From: Candidatus Obscuribacterales bacterium
Lineage (GTDB): Bacteria; Cyanobacteriota; Vampirovibrionia; Obscuribacterales; Obscuribacteraceae
NCBI GenBank assembly: GCA_965228855.1
Contig: CBDDIJ010000003.1
Coordinates: 1,504,001-1,568,000 of the forward strand
DNA: 64,000 bases
Direction: 5' to 3'
In this document: positions 10,035 through 20,084 of the stretch, in pieces
Numbering within the stretch: the first letter of the stretch is position 1
Layout: the number at the start of each line of letters is the position of its first letter
Notes under the pieces: model-generated
What the model was told of the DNA's origin: nothing
Seen by the model: the letters and a program-made list of their open reading frames with translations, nothing else
Database searches by the model: none
Program-made: the position numbers and the translations under genes

Positions 10035-10631
10035 ATGGCAATTCCGAAGGATATCAGCGAGCATTTGCATTCAGCTCTGACGGTGCGTCATACTGAATAT
10101 GGTGGCGCGATTTTCGATCGAACTCAAAAGTATCGCTATTTGTTGTGGAGGAAACTGGCTGGCGAAAACGTTCTTGAAGGAATTTCCGGTGGTCGGTCCA
10201 ACGCCGGGAGCGAGGCTTGCCGTAAGGTTTCTGACCGAATTTTGCTGGTGATGCTGAACCCGAATACGGCAGACGAGAGTCACAACGATCCGACGATTCG
10301 GCGGTGCATCGGATTTGCGAATTCATGGGGATACACGCAGGTTGAAGTTGTAAATCTGTTTGCGTACCGAGCCAAAGAGCCGCAGATGCTCAAAGGCGTA
10401 AGGAAACCGGTTGGAAGTTACAACGATGAAATCATACGGCAACGGGCTATCCATGCCGATCTTCGCATGATCGCATGGGGAAATCACGGGAAACTGATGG
10501 AACGTGATGCGGCGGTTTTGGAACTGCTTGCGGAATTCGGACCAGTCTACTGCCTGGGCACCACTAACTCCGGCGCGCCAAAGCACCCGCTGTATATAAA
10601 ATCTGATGTGAAACCGCTCGCATTTCACTGA
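10035..10631 (+). CDS. DUF1643 family protein
   Basis: YRYLLWR, MLNPNTAD..NDPTIRRC, VNLFAYRA, AWG, PKHPLY. Confidence 0.88.
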   Translation: MAIPKDISEHLHSALTVRHTEYGGAIFDRTQKYRYLLWRKLAGENVLEGISGGRSNAGSEACRKVSDRILLVMLNPNTADESHNDPTIRRCIGFANSWGYTQVEVVNLFAYRAKEPQMLKGVRKPVGSYNDEIIRQRAIHADLRMIAWGNHGKLMERDAAVLELLAEFGPVYCLGTTNSGAPKHPLYIKSDVKPLAFH

Positions 10632-10730
10632 GGCGAGCTGAAACCGCGCGTTTCGCTAAAGCAGTTTCGATCGGCTCAGCGTCGACAGTTTGCGATGAGC
10701 GGTTTAATCCACAATCGATTCTGTGCGCCT

Positions 10731-11486
10731 CTATTTTTCGTCGACCTCTTCAACGGTCACGGCATCAATTCCAGGTCCGGGCAATGCCTTCATCTCGTTC
10801 TCTCGCACTTCAATGAGCTTGGGCGAATCCTTTTGTTCCAGAACTTTCATCTTGAGTTTCAACAGTTCCGAGTCCAGATCAGAAGTAGCATCGAGCTCCT
10901 TGAGCTTGTCTTCAAGCGCCTTATCACCGCCAGCTCGCAAGTCGGCTATTGCTTCGTTTCGCAATTCGGTGGCTCTAATCTTGTCTTCGATTTTATCCAG
11001 GCTCGATGAGCCTCCGCTGCTGGAGAGCAGATCGTTTACCTTCGCAGTGGCGGTACTCGCATTGGCTCGGGCGATAATATCTTTCTTCTTGGTCGCGAAG
11101 TCGCGAAGCTTTTGCTCTTGCTCATTGTTTCTCTCGCGCAGCGCCTTGGTCGCAGATTTCTGCGCGTCAAGCTGAGTCTTCAGGTGCGCCAGCCCTTGTT
11201 CGGCTTCCTGGCGTTTCTGCAAGCATTGTTTCGCCAGGTCTTCGTCGCCTTTGGTGATTGCAAGTTCGGCGCGTTTTTGCCAGGTGGCGACATCTTCGGA
11301 GTCTTTCTGAATCTTCTGTTCCAGAGCCTTTTCAGCGGTAATCGCCGTGATCAATGCTTCTTTGAGCTGTTTCGCGGACGATTCGAGTTCCATTTGATGT
11401 TGCTCGGCAAGAATTTCCGGCGTTTCAACCTTGCTGATTCCCTGATTAAGGAGACCCTTAATCACATTCATTAATCGTCCAAACAT
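10731..11486 (-). CDS. pspA: PspA/IM30 family protein
   Basis: N-terminal MFGRL..VIKG, ETPE, W..RAELA...GDEDLAK..L, long coiled coil, DSELLKLK. Confidence 0.88.
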   Translation of the reverse strand: MFGRLMNVIKGLLNQGISKVETPEILAEQHQMELESSAKQLKEALITAITAEKALEQKIQKDSEDVATWQKRAELAITKGDEDLAKQCLQKRQEAEQGLAHLKTQLDAQKSATKALRERNNEQEQKLRDFATKKKDIIARANASTATAKVNDLLSSSGGSSSLDKIEDKIRATELRNEAIADLRAGGDKALEDKLKELDATSDLDSELLKLKMKVLEQKDSPKLIEVRENEMKALPGPGIDAVTVEEVDEK

Positions 11487-11591
11487 CTAAGACTGCTCCT
11501 GTTCTTCGATTCCTGCTCTCGTGATTCCTGGCTGCCATGAGCCACAATTTCTGGGCATTTAAGCATGATATCAGGCTTAAAACGCGATTTC

Positions 11592-12992
11592 CTACTTGCT
11601 TTTCGGTTGACTCTTGGTCTCCTCGAAGCTTTTGCCGGTCTTCTGGCATTTTTTTACCAGGGCAATCGCTTTGTCTTGCTTGAGTTCGCCAAGTTGGATC
11701 AAATGCTGCGCGGTTTTTGCGGCGATCAATGTATTGTTGTCAATTCTTCCGAGCAGTATCAATATTCTGCCCAGATCGCCGCCGTTCAACTGTTGAAAAT
11801 GCCGGGCGTTGTTCAAATCTTCCTCTGTCAGGATTCCGCTCAAGTTGAGGAGCTTGAGGACGTTCCAGTTAAACGACTTAAAAACTTGCGGATTCGAAAT
11901 CGTGCCGACGGCGAGAGTCGCAGCTGGACTCATCTTTTCGATTGCCGGCGCGGGCGGTTTAACTTTTGGAATTTCAAAAGAACCCGATGATGTCTCGTCA
12001 AACGGTTGAGCTCTCAGACTTTCCCACGGTAAAACCGAAAAATTCGTCGCTGTTCCCTCATCGGCGCCGCGAAATCTGCCGTCTAAGAGGTCTATTTTGA
12101 GCTTGTAGGCGTTTGCGTATCGATCGGCTGGATTCTTGGCCAGGGTCCTGAAAATTAGCTGTTCAAGCCATTTAGGAATGGATGCTTCCGGTACGATTTT
12201 AGAGAATGGGGGCGGCATTTCGTGCACCTGCATGTGCATGATGCGAAGCGAATTGCCTGCCCGAAAGGCACGCACGCCGGTGATCGCCTCGTACATCACA
12301 CATCCGAGCGAATAGAGATCGCTGCGAATGTCGATTTCGTTGCCTTCACACTGTTCAGGGCTCATATAACAGGGGCTGCCGATAAACTCACCGAGCACCG
12401 TAAGCTCTTGAGTGCCGCCGGAATCGTCGATTAGCTTGGCGACACCAAAATCCACGAGCTTGACGTTCTCACGGCCGCGGCTTGTCGGGCTGAACATAAT
12501 GTTGCTCGGTTTGATGTCGCGGTGCACGATTCCGAGTTCATGGGCATGAGACAGAGCACTGAGGACTTGTGCGAATGTAGTGATGAATCGTGCCAGCGTC
12601 AACGTGCCTGATTTCATCAGGATATCAGCCAGACTCTCACCTTGCAGATACTCCATAACCATGTAGGGAAGACCATCCGGCGTGGCGGAGAATTCGTGAA
12701 CCTGGACGATATGCGGATGATTGAGCATAAGAGACGCGCGCCCCTCGCGCACGAATCGCCGCCGCACCGCGACGTCCGATAACAGAGAATTTTGCAGAAC
12801 CTTGAGTGCTTTGGTGCTGTCGGTTTCGGTGTCAAAAATCCGATAAACACAGCCCATGCCTCCTATCCCGAGCAGGGCTTCGATAATATATCGGTCGGCA
12901 AAGCGCGAGCCGAGCTTGAGCACCGACGCCTGGTCGGCGTCGTAGAACTCCTCGGATGGGTCAAATTCGTAGTCTTCCTCTTTCCCGGACAT
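11592..12992 (-). CDS. Ser/Thr protein kinase with C-terminal MshEN-like helical domain
   Basis: GIGGMGCVY, HRDIKPSN, DFG, GSPCYMSPEQ; tail LLNLSGILTEEDL..A...Q...GGDLGRILILLGRI. Confidence 0.92.
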   Translation of the reverse strand: MSGKEEDYEFDPSEEFYDADQASVLKLGSRFADRYIIEALLGIGGMGCVYRIFDTETDSTKALKVLQNSLLSDVAVRRRFVREGRASLMLNHPHIVQVHEFSATPDGLPYMVMEYLQGESLADILMKSGTLTLARFITTFAQVLSALSHAHELGIVHRDIKPSNIMFSPTSRGRENVKLVDFGVAKLIDDSGGTQELTVLGEFIGSPCYMSPEQCEGNEIDIRSDLYSLGCVMYEAITGVRAFRAGNSLRIMHMQVHEMPPPFSKIVPEASIPKWLEQLIFRTLAKNPADRYANAYKLKIDLLDGRFRGADEGTATNFSVLPWESLRAQPFDETSSGSFEIPKVKPPAPAIEKMSPAATLAVGTISNPQVFKSFNWNVLKLLNLSGILTEEDLNNARHFQQLNGGDLGRILILLGRIDNNTLIAAKTAQHLIQLGELKQDKAIALVKKCQKTGKSFEETKSQPKSK

Positions 12993-13069
12993 CAAAGCCG
13001 CTGTAGTCAGTAAACGGTCGCGTCTGTGGTTCTATATAATCTCTACCATAGTTTCAAGCGAAATCTTAC

Positions 13070-14023
13070 ATGACCAGATGCACTTTCGTGACTTACAGTG
13101 GCTTGCCGGATCTCGATCCGGACGACCGGCGCGTGCTCGATATCTTGCGCGAGCGCGGTTTTGACTGCCAGGCAGCGGTCTGGGACGCGCCTGACGTTGA
13201 TTGGTCGAGCGCAGGTGTGGTCGTGGTGCGCTCGACCTGGGATTACAACTTGAAGTATGGCAAGTTCATGGAGTGGGTCGATCACGTTTCGCAAGTCGCT
13301 CAGCTGTTTAACCGCCCCAATTACATTCGTTGGAATTCGCATAAGGGCTATTTGCGCGATTTGAGCGAGGCGGGAATTGCGATTGTGCCAACCCACTGGT
13401 TCGAACGCGGCACGGAAGTAGATGTTGAAACTGAGTTGCGCAAACTACTGGATGAGGACCATTCCGGCAAGATAATCGTGAAACCGGCAATCGGGCTTGC
13501 TACAAGCGGAGTGATGCTGGTTGAGGACGCGAACTTCTCGGATGCTGTCAGTCATGTGCGGAAGCTACTGGAAGAATTCGACGTAATGATCCAGCCTTTT
13601 ATGACTTCAGTGCGCGATCCCGGTGAGCGCGCCTTGACTTTCGTAAATGGTCGATATTGTCACGCCGCTCAAAAGGCACCGTTTCAGAAACTGGCTGCAG
13701 CCGGTCACGCTGGAGAGAAACCGGTGGAGGCGACGGTTCGAGAGCTGGAGTTGGCAGAGAACGTTATGGGCGTGCTCGGCGAACTGGTTGGCAAGTATGA
13801 TAGTGCTGGCAATTTATCGGATGACGCTCCATTCCTTCCGCCGCCACTCTATGCTCGCGTTGATATCGTCCGTGGTGACAACGGCGAGCCGCTGCTGATC
13901 GAGTTGGAACTCGTCGAACCCTCGCTGTTCATGGGGTTTTATCCATTAACTGCCGACTTCTTCGCCGATGCGATCGAGAATTTGTTGAAACGTTACGATC
14001 GACTTGAGCTGGCGCAGAGCTAG
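13070..14023 (+). CDS. ATP-grasp ligase (glutathione synthetase/RimK-like)
   Basis: RSTWDY, WNSHKGYL, IVKPAIG, LYARVD, LIELELVEPSLF. Confidence 0.85.
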   Translation: MTRCTFVTYSGLPDLDPDDRRVLDILRERGFDCQAAVWDAPDVDWSSAGVVVVRSTWDYNLKYGKFMEWVDHVSQVAQLFNRPNYIRWNSHKGYLRDLSEAGIAIVPTHWFERGTEVDVETELRKLLDEDHSGKIIVKPAIGLATSGVMLVEDANFSDAVSHVRKLLEEFDVMIQPFMTSVRDPGERALTFVNGRYCHAAQKAPFQKLAAAGHAGEKPVEATVRELELAENVMGVLGELVGKYDSAGNLSDDAPFLPPPLYARVDIVRGDNGEPLLIELELVEPSLFMGFYPLTADFFADAIENLLKRYDRLELAQS

Positions 14024-15903
14024 CTGATTGAAACCGTTGATCTGGCAGCTGGAACGACGGCCGCTGTGAGCGGGAGCCAGGAAGCGCCCTCTTTTCCAAC
14101 GACAAGGCGCGCATTGAAACGCCCGTCGTTCCTCGCTGGATAATCAGAGCGCCAGTGAGCACCTCGCGATTCTTCTCTGAGCAATGCGGATTTTGCGATT
14201 AGAAGCCCGAGCGTGAACGGCACCGTCTGCGGTGCATCCCGATATGTGTTGATCAACGTCGTCAAACCTGATTCGCTTCTAACGAGACCGGCGGCGCCGA
14301 AGAGATCTCGGCGAAACGATTCCGCCAGTTTAGCTGGTGATTTACCGGACCAAGCACCGATGGAACCCGCGAGATTAAGGTAGAGTGAATCAGGGTCCGT
14401 GCTCTGATTGCGATACTCCAGAGGTCTGGTGGAAAGATTTAGCGATGCTCTAATTTCCTTTTCAAAACCTTTTGCAAGGAGTTGCGCAAGTTTCAATGCC
14501 ATCACGCCGCCCTCTAGCAGGGAGTTGCTGGCCAGCCGGTTTGCTCCATGGAGACCGGTGCTTGCGCATTCGCCTATTGCAAACAAGCCGGATAGCGTAG
14601 TACGCCCGATTTCATCAGTCAGAATTCCGCCCATGAAGTAGTGCGCGGCTGGAGATACTGGAACGCTTTCAACCAGTGGGTCTATGCCGAAGGTTCTCAG
14701 TTTCGCCACGATGTTGGGGAACTGTTCCAGAAGTTTCTCGGCGCCTATCGGACGCATGTCTAGCCAGGCGCAATCGGTTTTCTCCTCGATCATGTTTGAG
14801 AAGATTGCGCGTGAAACGATGTCGCGTGTTGCAAGTTCTCCGGAGGGATGATATTTGCGCATAAATCGATCGGCGTTCTTGTTTAAAAGAACCGCTCCGG
14901 CGCCTCGTGCGGCTTCAGAGATGAGAAAAGCGGGCGTGCCAGGGAGGTGCAGAGCTGTAGGGTGGAATTGCACGAATTCGAGGTCTGCCAGATGCGCGCC
15001 GGCCCGGAAAGCGGCAGCGATACCGTCGCCGGTGGCAGTGCTCGGGTTAGTTGTTCGAGAGTAGATTTGTCCTAAACCGCCGGTCGCAAGAACGATGATG
15101 TCACCTTCAATAACGATATCGCCTTCACTGGCACATCCGCTTTCGGCGTGGTCGGCTGATGAGGTTCGGAGAGCAGGAGCGTTGAATTGATTGAGCGTGC
15201 CACCAATGGCGGTGCCACCAGTTGCGGTGCCCGGAGCCGGGGTGACACCGGCAGCGATGCCACCAGTCGAGGTTCTACCAGTCGCGGTTTCACCTGTAGC
15301 GATGCGACCAAATGCGGCGCCCACAGTAGCGGCGCCACTAGTAGCGGCGCACACAGCCGTAGGACCCACAGTTATGGCGCACGAAGCGATTATGCCGCAG
15401 ACGCGATCGTTTTCTACCAGTATCTCTTTGAGCAAGCAGTTTTCGACAACCTTGACTCTCTTGCGTTGTTTTACTGCGGAAATCAGAGCATCCACGATCG
15501 CTCGACCGGTTGCATCCGCGCTATGCAAAACGCGCGCTAGACGGTGCCCACCTTCAAGTGCAAGTGAGCCCGCGTCGAAATGGACACCGTGGAGGGCGAG
15601 ACTGTTTACGAGTTTGGCACCATCGGCGATGATTCGTTCGGCAACGATTGGATCTGTCAAACCGTCCCCGGCAGCGATTGTGTCGGCGAGGTGTTGCTCC
15701 TTCGTGTCGGCTGTGTTCATATCGGTTACGGCTGCCAGACCGCCCTGCGCCCATGCGGTATTCGATTCCTCCAGGCGCCCCTTCGTGACCAGGATCACAT
15801 CGCGCCCCTCATCTGCGAGTTCGATGGAAAGAAGCAATCCAGCGATGCCGGAGCCGACTACGATAATTGGATTTCCGTTGAAGCGATCTACTCGATTTTT
15901 CAT
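14020..15903 (-). CDS. nadB: L-aspartate oxidase with a low-complexity insertion
   Basis: VVGSGIAGL, SNTAWAQGG, EGGH, QFHPT, AHYFMGG, HGANRLASNSLLE, REESRGAH; GGAGG before ATG 15903; follows nadA. Confidence 0.95.
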   Translation of the reverse strand: MKNRVDRFNGNPIIVVGSGIAGLLLSIELADEGRDVILVTKGRLEESNTAWAQGGLAAVTDMNTADTKEQHLADTIAAGDGLTDPIVAERIIADGAKLVNSLALHGVHFDAGSLALEGGHRLARVLHSADATGRAIVDALISAVKQRKRVKVVENCLLKEILVENDRVCGIIASCAITVGPTAVCAATSGAATVGAAFGRIATGETATGRTSTGGIAAGVTPAPGTATGGTAIGGTLNQFNAPALRTSSADHAESGCASEGDIVIEGDIIVLATGGLGQIYSRTTNPSTATGDGIAAAFRAGAHLADLEFVQFHPTALHLPGTPAFLISEAARGAGAVLLNKNADRFMRKYHPSGELATRDIVSRAIFSNMIEEKTDCAWLDMRPIGAEKLLEQFPNIVAKLRTFGIDPLVESVPVSPAAHYFMGGILTDEIGRTTLSGLFAIGECASTGLHGANRLASNSLLEGGVMALKLAQLLAKGFEKEIRASLNLSTRPLEYRNQSTDPDSLYLNLAGSIGAWSGKSPAKLAESFRRDLFGAAGLVRSESGLTTLINTYRDAPQTVPFTLGLLIAKSALLREESRGAHWRSDYPARNDGRFNARLVVGKEGASWLPLTAAVVPAARSTVSIS

Positions 15904-16001
15904 GAGACCCACCTCCTCTGAGGCGTTAATGGACTTGACAGACAAGGCGCTTCCGCACAAATGTGCTGCGGAGTGTATTGTTTAAAACACGAATCAAGCG
16001 A

Positions 16002-16982
16002 CTAGAATATATTGATCATTCGCTCGATCGATGTAAGGGCGCGGACCCGAATATCTTCGGGAACGGTTACTTGGAAGACATTCTCCTTAAGGGAATGATG
16101 GAGTTTTTCCAGCGTTATCATCTTCATGAATTGGCAGCTCATCTCGTTGTCGATTGGATAGAACGTCTTATCCGGATTCTCTTTCTTCAGTCGATGGAGA
16201 ATGCCAATTTCTGTGGCTACGACAAATTCTTCAGCGTCGGATTCAGAAGCGCGGCGAATCATCCCCTCAGTGGACGCCACTTTCAATGAGTCCGTGTTTC
16301 CTTGAGTGCGACATACACGATCAAGATACGGTGTTAAACAGCCGCATTCGGGATGTATAAGCAGTTCCGCTCTGGGATGCTCCCGTGTCATCTCGTCTAT
16401 CTTTCGCGGATGAACGGCGGCGTGAACGTGGCACTCACCCATCCAGATGTGCATATTTTTTCTGCCTGTCATTTTCTGACACCATGACCCCAAAAACTGG
16501 TCAGGAAGAAACAGAATTTCTTTATCCTCAGGTATTGATTGAACCACTTTCAGCGCATTACCGGAGGTGCAGCAATAATCGGTCTCCGCCTTGATCGCAG
16601 CAGTCGTATTGACGTAGGACACTACCACTGCATCGGGATGTTCTGTCTTCCAAGCCTTCAGCTGGTCAAGATCAATCGAGGCGGCTAGTGAGCAGCCGGC
16701 TTCAAGGTCAGGAATCAGCACCCGTTTTTCGGGACAAAGAATTGCTGCCGTCTCCGCCATGAAGTGAACGCCGCAGAAAACGATTGTGTCTGCTTGTGCT
16801 TTCGCCGCTTGTTGAGACAATCCAAGCGAGTCGCCTACGAAATCAGCAACATCTTGAATTTCGGCGATTTGATAGTTATGAGCGAGAATAACGGCGTTCT
16901 TTTTCTTGGCGATCTCCTTAATCTCATGAGAGAGGTCTCTCACGTAGGAGTCGTTTTTCATGGTGGCGATGGTTCTACTCAT
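16002..16982 (-). CDS. nadA: Quinolinate synthase
   Basis: LAHNYQ, FCGVHFMAE, AGCSLA, YVNT, CTSGNA, HPEC, CQFMK; GGAGG before ATG 16982. Confidence 0.96.
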   Translation of the reverse strand: MSRTIATMKNDSYVRDLSHEIKEIAKKKNAVILAHNYQIAEIQDVADFVGDSLGLSQQAAKAQADTIVFCGVHFMAETAAILCPEKRVLIPDLEAGCSLAASIDLDQLKAWKTEHPDAVVVSYVNTTAAIKAETDYCCTSGNALKVVQSIPEDKEILFLPDQFLGSWCQKMTGRKNMHIWMGECHVHAAVHPRKIDEMTREHPRAELLIHPECGCLTPYLDRVCRTQGNTDSLKVASTEGMIRRASESDAEEFVVATEIGILHRLKKENPDKTFYPIDNEMSCQFMKMITLEKLHHSLKENVFQVTVPEDIRVRALTSIERMINIF

Positions 16983-17036
16983 TTTTATGACCTCCACCGA
17001 GCTTGTTTGGATTGCATTTGAGAAACTCTTACTCGG

Positions 17037-17057
17037 TAAACGTATTTTTGACGCTAA
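17037..17057. promoter_or_regulatory. Candidate NrtR operator upstream of nadA
   Basis: Imperfect palindrome TAAACGT-ATTTTTG-ACGCTAA matches the GT-N7-AC NrtR core; lies just downstream of a TGnTAAAGT extended -10-like motif (17062-17070, minus strand). Confidence 0.65.
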
Positions 17058-17261
17058 TTGCACTTTATCACAGTTTTAAACAGTCGGCACTCCTTCGTAA
17101 CGTCTATGCAAAGAATTAAGCATTCTCCGGGGTTTGTCGGATGGACGCCTTCGGATCTCGTCTCGCAAGTATCCAGCATTCCTACGTTTACGAGTGCGAG
17201 TCATGGCAAACTAATTGACGCCTGTTCCCGGACGGCCCTGCCACCATCGCCCCTCGCCTTT

Positions 17262-17322
17262 TTCTGTATACCGATATCGGTATACGATCTTTTGATCGCA
17301 GTCCGATATCGGTATACGATGA
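17262..17322. repeat. CGATATCG-core palindrome array, 2 copies
   Basis: GTATACCGATATCGGTATACGATC and GATCGCAGTCCGATATCGGTATACGAT; cores 17272 and 17304 (32 bp apart). Confidence 0.9.
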
Positions 17323-17378
17323 CAGAAAACCGTAAACGACCAGCAGAGTGGCGTTTGCGACGACGCTAAAACTGAGGT

Positions 17379-18056
17379 CTAAAAAACGAACACCGGCCGG
17401 TCCGGCAGTTTTTCAAAATCGGGCTCGCTAAATTCGTACAGCCTGGCCGGGCGGAATGAGCCCTCCTGGCTTGTCTCGTCAAGTTGCTTAAGGATGCCGG
17501 CGCCCAGAAACTTTTTGCGAAAGTTTCGATTATCGATTTCGTGATCAAGAATGGCTTCGTAAACGACTTGTAGATCGCGCAGCGTGAATTTCTTTGGTAA
17601 TAGCGAAAAGGCTGCGGGCGTGTATTCGATTTTGTATTTCAGTCGCTTGAGACCATACGCGATAATTTCAGCATGATCGAAGGCAAGTGCGGGAAGTTCT
17701 TTAAGCGGCCACCAGGCGACGCCCGAGGCGTCGGAACTTGCTTTGATCTCTAGCTCTTCTTCTCGAAGGAGGGCGAGGTAAGAAACGGTGACGACTCGTC
17801 CTCGGGGATCACGTCCCTGATCGCCAAAAGAATAAAGCTGCTCCAGATAGACTCGCGATACGTTTGTCTCCTCGAATAGCTCTCGTTCGGCTGCCGCATC
17901 GAGCGTTCTGTCGGCATCCGTGACAAAACCGCCAGGTAGCGCCCATGACGATTTGAATGGATCGTATTTCCTCTTAACGAGGAGAATCTCGAGCGCACCT
18001 TGCTGGACGGCAAAAGCCAGGATATCAACGGTTACTTTTACGGGTTCGGTTGCCAT
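17379..18056 (-). CDS. nrtR: NrtR-family regulator (NUDIX plus winged helix)
   Basis: WALPGGFV..AAERELFEET, RDPRGRVVTVSY, LAFDH, NFRKK, RPARLY; directly upstream of nadAB. Confidence 0.92.
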   Translation of the reverse strand: MATEPVKVTVDILAFAVQQGALEILLVKRKYDPFKSSWALPGGFVTDADRTLDAAAERELFEETNVSRVYLEQLYSFGDQGRDPRGRVVTVSYLALLREEELEIKASSDASGVAWWPLKELPALAFDHAEIIAYGLKRLKYKIEYTPAAFSLLPKKFTLRDLQVVYEAILDHEIDNRNFRKKFLGAGILKQLDETSQEGSFRPARLYEFSEPDFEKLPDRPVFVF

Positions 18057-18125
18057 GTTTCGATGTCAAGCTTTAAATCATCAGACCAGCGTCTACTGAC
18101 TTTATCACGTTGAGATTTTAGCCAG

Positions 18126-19271
18126 TCAAACTTTATAACACACTGATTGATCGAAAGATCTCATTTGTCCGGTCTTAACTATGGCCTCAAACACGAGATC
18201 GCGCACAGGCAGGACGAGTATGCTCTCTTGTTGACCAACTTCACCGGCACGTCTGGAGTCCATGATAATCTGCGCGGTCCGTTTCTTTCTAAGTCGTGAA
18301 TAACGAGCAAACGCATATCTGTAGTCGGTGTGTTTTTGCAGGCAAGCTGTTATGACGGCTGCATCTTCAAGAGCCATGCATGCTCCTTGACCGAGATTCG
18401 GGGTTGTCGGATGTGCGGCATCACCCATCAACAGAACGCGCTCATTTATCCAGCGTCCGACGGGATCGCGATCGTAAATGTCGTTTTTAAGATAATCATC
18501 ACTCTCGGTATGTTTGAAAATGGAAGTAACCTCGTCCGGGTAATCGGCGAAACGTTCAAGCACGTCATGTTTTCGTTCGTCACCGCTGTCTTTTTTTCCA
18601 GCGGATACATTTGCCGTTGCGTACCAGCACACAGTGTCGTATCCGACGTCAAATATTCCTACTTGCGCGCCCGGTCCGATGTAGTGCTTGATGTCACCGC
18701 GGGCGGTGACACCAGATGGAACTCTCGTCACTCCTCGCCAGCAGGTATAGCCGGAATATTTTTTATTATCGTGATTGAGTATCGACTTGCGTGCCTTTGA
18801 ATGAAATCCTTCGCAATCGAGAAGGATGTCGCCGGACTCGACATGACCGTTGGCAAAATGAGCATGAACAGTTGATCCGTTTTGAGTGTATGAAACAAAT
18901 TCGTGGTTGAATTTTATCGAGTCCGGGGATTCGAGTTGACTTTCCAGAGCCTGCATCAGTCGCATTCTATGAATGGATAGATGACAAACCCCCATTGACG
19001 ATTCGCTTTTCTTCAGGTCAACTGTGCCGAGACTGCGACCTTTTGAGTTTAGAAATTCGAAGTGCTGCACGACTTGACCAGCTTCCAATACTGGCTCGTG
19101 GAGTGCCATTCGCTTAAGTGCATAGATGCCATTGGACCACAATGTCAAGCCGGCGCCGACCTCACGGAAAGAATCATTGCGTTCAAAAAGCGCAACAGCG
19201 AAACCAGCTTTCGTTAGCGAAAGTGCGGTCGCCAAGCCACAAATTCCGCCGCCTACAATAATTACTTTCAT
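18126..19271 (-). CDS. FAD-dependent monooxygenase
   Basis: IVGGGICGL, CEGFHS, GDAAHPTTPNLGQGACMALEDA. Confidence 0.92.
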   Translation of the reverse strand: MKVIIVGGGICGLATALSLTKAGFAVALFERNDSFREVGAGLTLWSNGIYALKRMALHEPVLEAGQVVQHFEFLNSKGRSLGTVDLKKSESSMGVCHLSIHRMRLMQALESQLESPDSIKFNHEFVSYTQNGSTVHAHFANGHVESGDILLDCEGFHSKARKSILNHDNKKYSGYTCWRGVTRVPSGVTARGDIKHYIGPGAQVGIFDVGYDTVCWYATANVSAGKKDSGDERKHDVLERFADYPDEVTSIFKHTESDDYLKNDIYDRDPVGRWINERVLLMGDAAHPTTPNLGQGACMALEDAAVITACLQKHTDYRYAFARYSRLRKKRTAQIIMDSRRAGEVGQQESILVLPVRDLVFEAIVKTGQMRSFDQSVCYKV

Positions 19272-19277
19272 GGACAA

Positions 19278-19337
19278 ACGCGTATTCCGATATCGATGTG
19301 AGTTTTGAGTCTAAACATAACCGATTTCGGTTTCAAA
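19278..19337. repeat. CGATATCG-core palindrome array, 2 degenerate copies
   Basis: CGTATTCCGATATCGAT (core 19288) and AACCGATTTCGGTT (core 19322), 34 bp apart. Confidence 0.7.
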
Positions 19338-19595
19338 CTGTTGTCTGTTCATGGATGATTGCGGCGGGCTTTATCTCTTACTACGGCTAAGCTGCGAGTC
19401 TGTCTTTTAACAGGCGTTGCAAGGATTCAGTCGCTTTATGTTTGTAAAACGGCTACGACACAGTGTCAGGCAGTATCCTTAATTATGACCGCGACTTTGG
19501 CGGCTGTTTTCAAACTTTCGCCTCTGTGGGGTTGAACAATCTGCTCCGTTCGACCATGCTATTAAAACGCCTGTGGCGTTTTCAAGGAGGTCTCG

Positions 19596-20069
19596 ATGAG
19601 TAACGAGGGCGATCACGGGAAAATACACGATTCGCTCACAGCTCGGCTGTTTGTGCTCGTCGACGATGAAGACCGCACGCGCGCAACGATGGAAACGCGC
19701 GACAAAGGGAATGCGGTTTTGACGCTGCTGGATGTCAATGAACGGCCAAGAATCGAGCTTGGTGTTGGGAATGACGGCAAGGGTTTGATTACTCTCTGGG
19801 ACGCGAGTTCACGTCCACGAGCCTTTATGACGGTTGACCCGCGCTCCGACGATTTCGTTTTTGCGGCACTGGATGGCACTGGTGAAACGCGATTCACGCT
19901 TCAGGTTCGAGGTGACGGCAGTGCGGCGCAGCTCGGACTGGGAGGTAAAGAATTGTCGGTATTGCTCAGTCACGCCGAAGGGCGTGCCGGGCGGATTATT
20001 ACTTGCGATCCGGATGGCGAAGTCAAGTTTTGTTCGGAAACCCTGGAGGACGATGCCGAAACCGTTTAG
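19596..20069 (+). CDS. Hypothetical protein with internal L.D...R.R beta-type repeats
   Basis: AAGGAGG RBS; repeated LVDDEDRTR / LLDVNERPR / LWDASSRPR / ALDGTGETR. Confidence 0.75.
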   Translation: MSNEGDHGKIHDSLTARLFVLVDDEDRTRATMETRDKGNAVLTLLDVNERPRIELGVGNDGKGLITLWDASSRPRAFMTVDPRSDDFVFAALDGTGETRFTLQVRGDGSAAQLGLGGKELSVLLSHAEGRAGRIITCDPDGEVKFCSETLEDDAETV

Positions 20070-20084
20070 TCCGCCGCGAGTTCT

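Noticed and set aside
15187..15985. Plus-strand 264-aa and 117-aa ORFs
   Set aside because: Antisense shadows of nadB and its low-complexity insertion.
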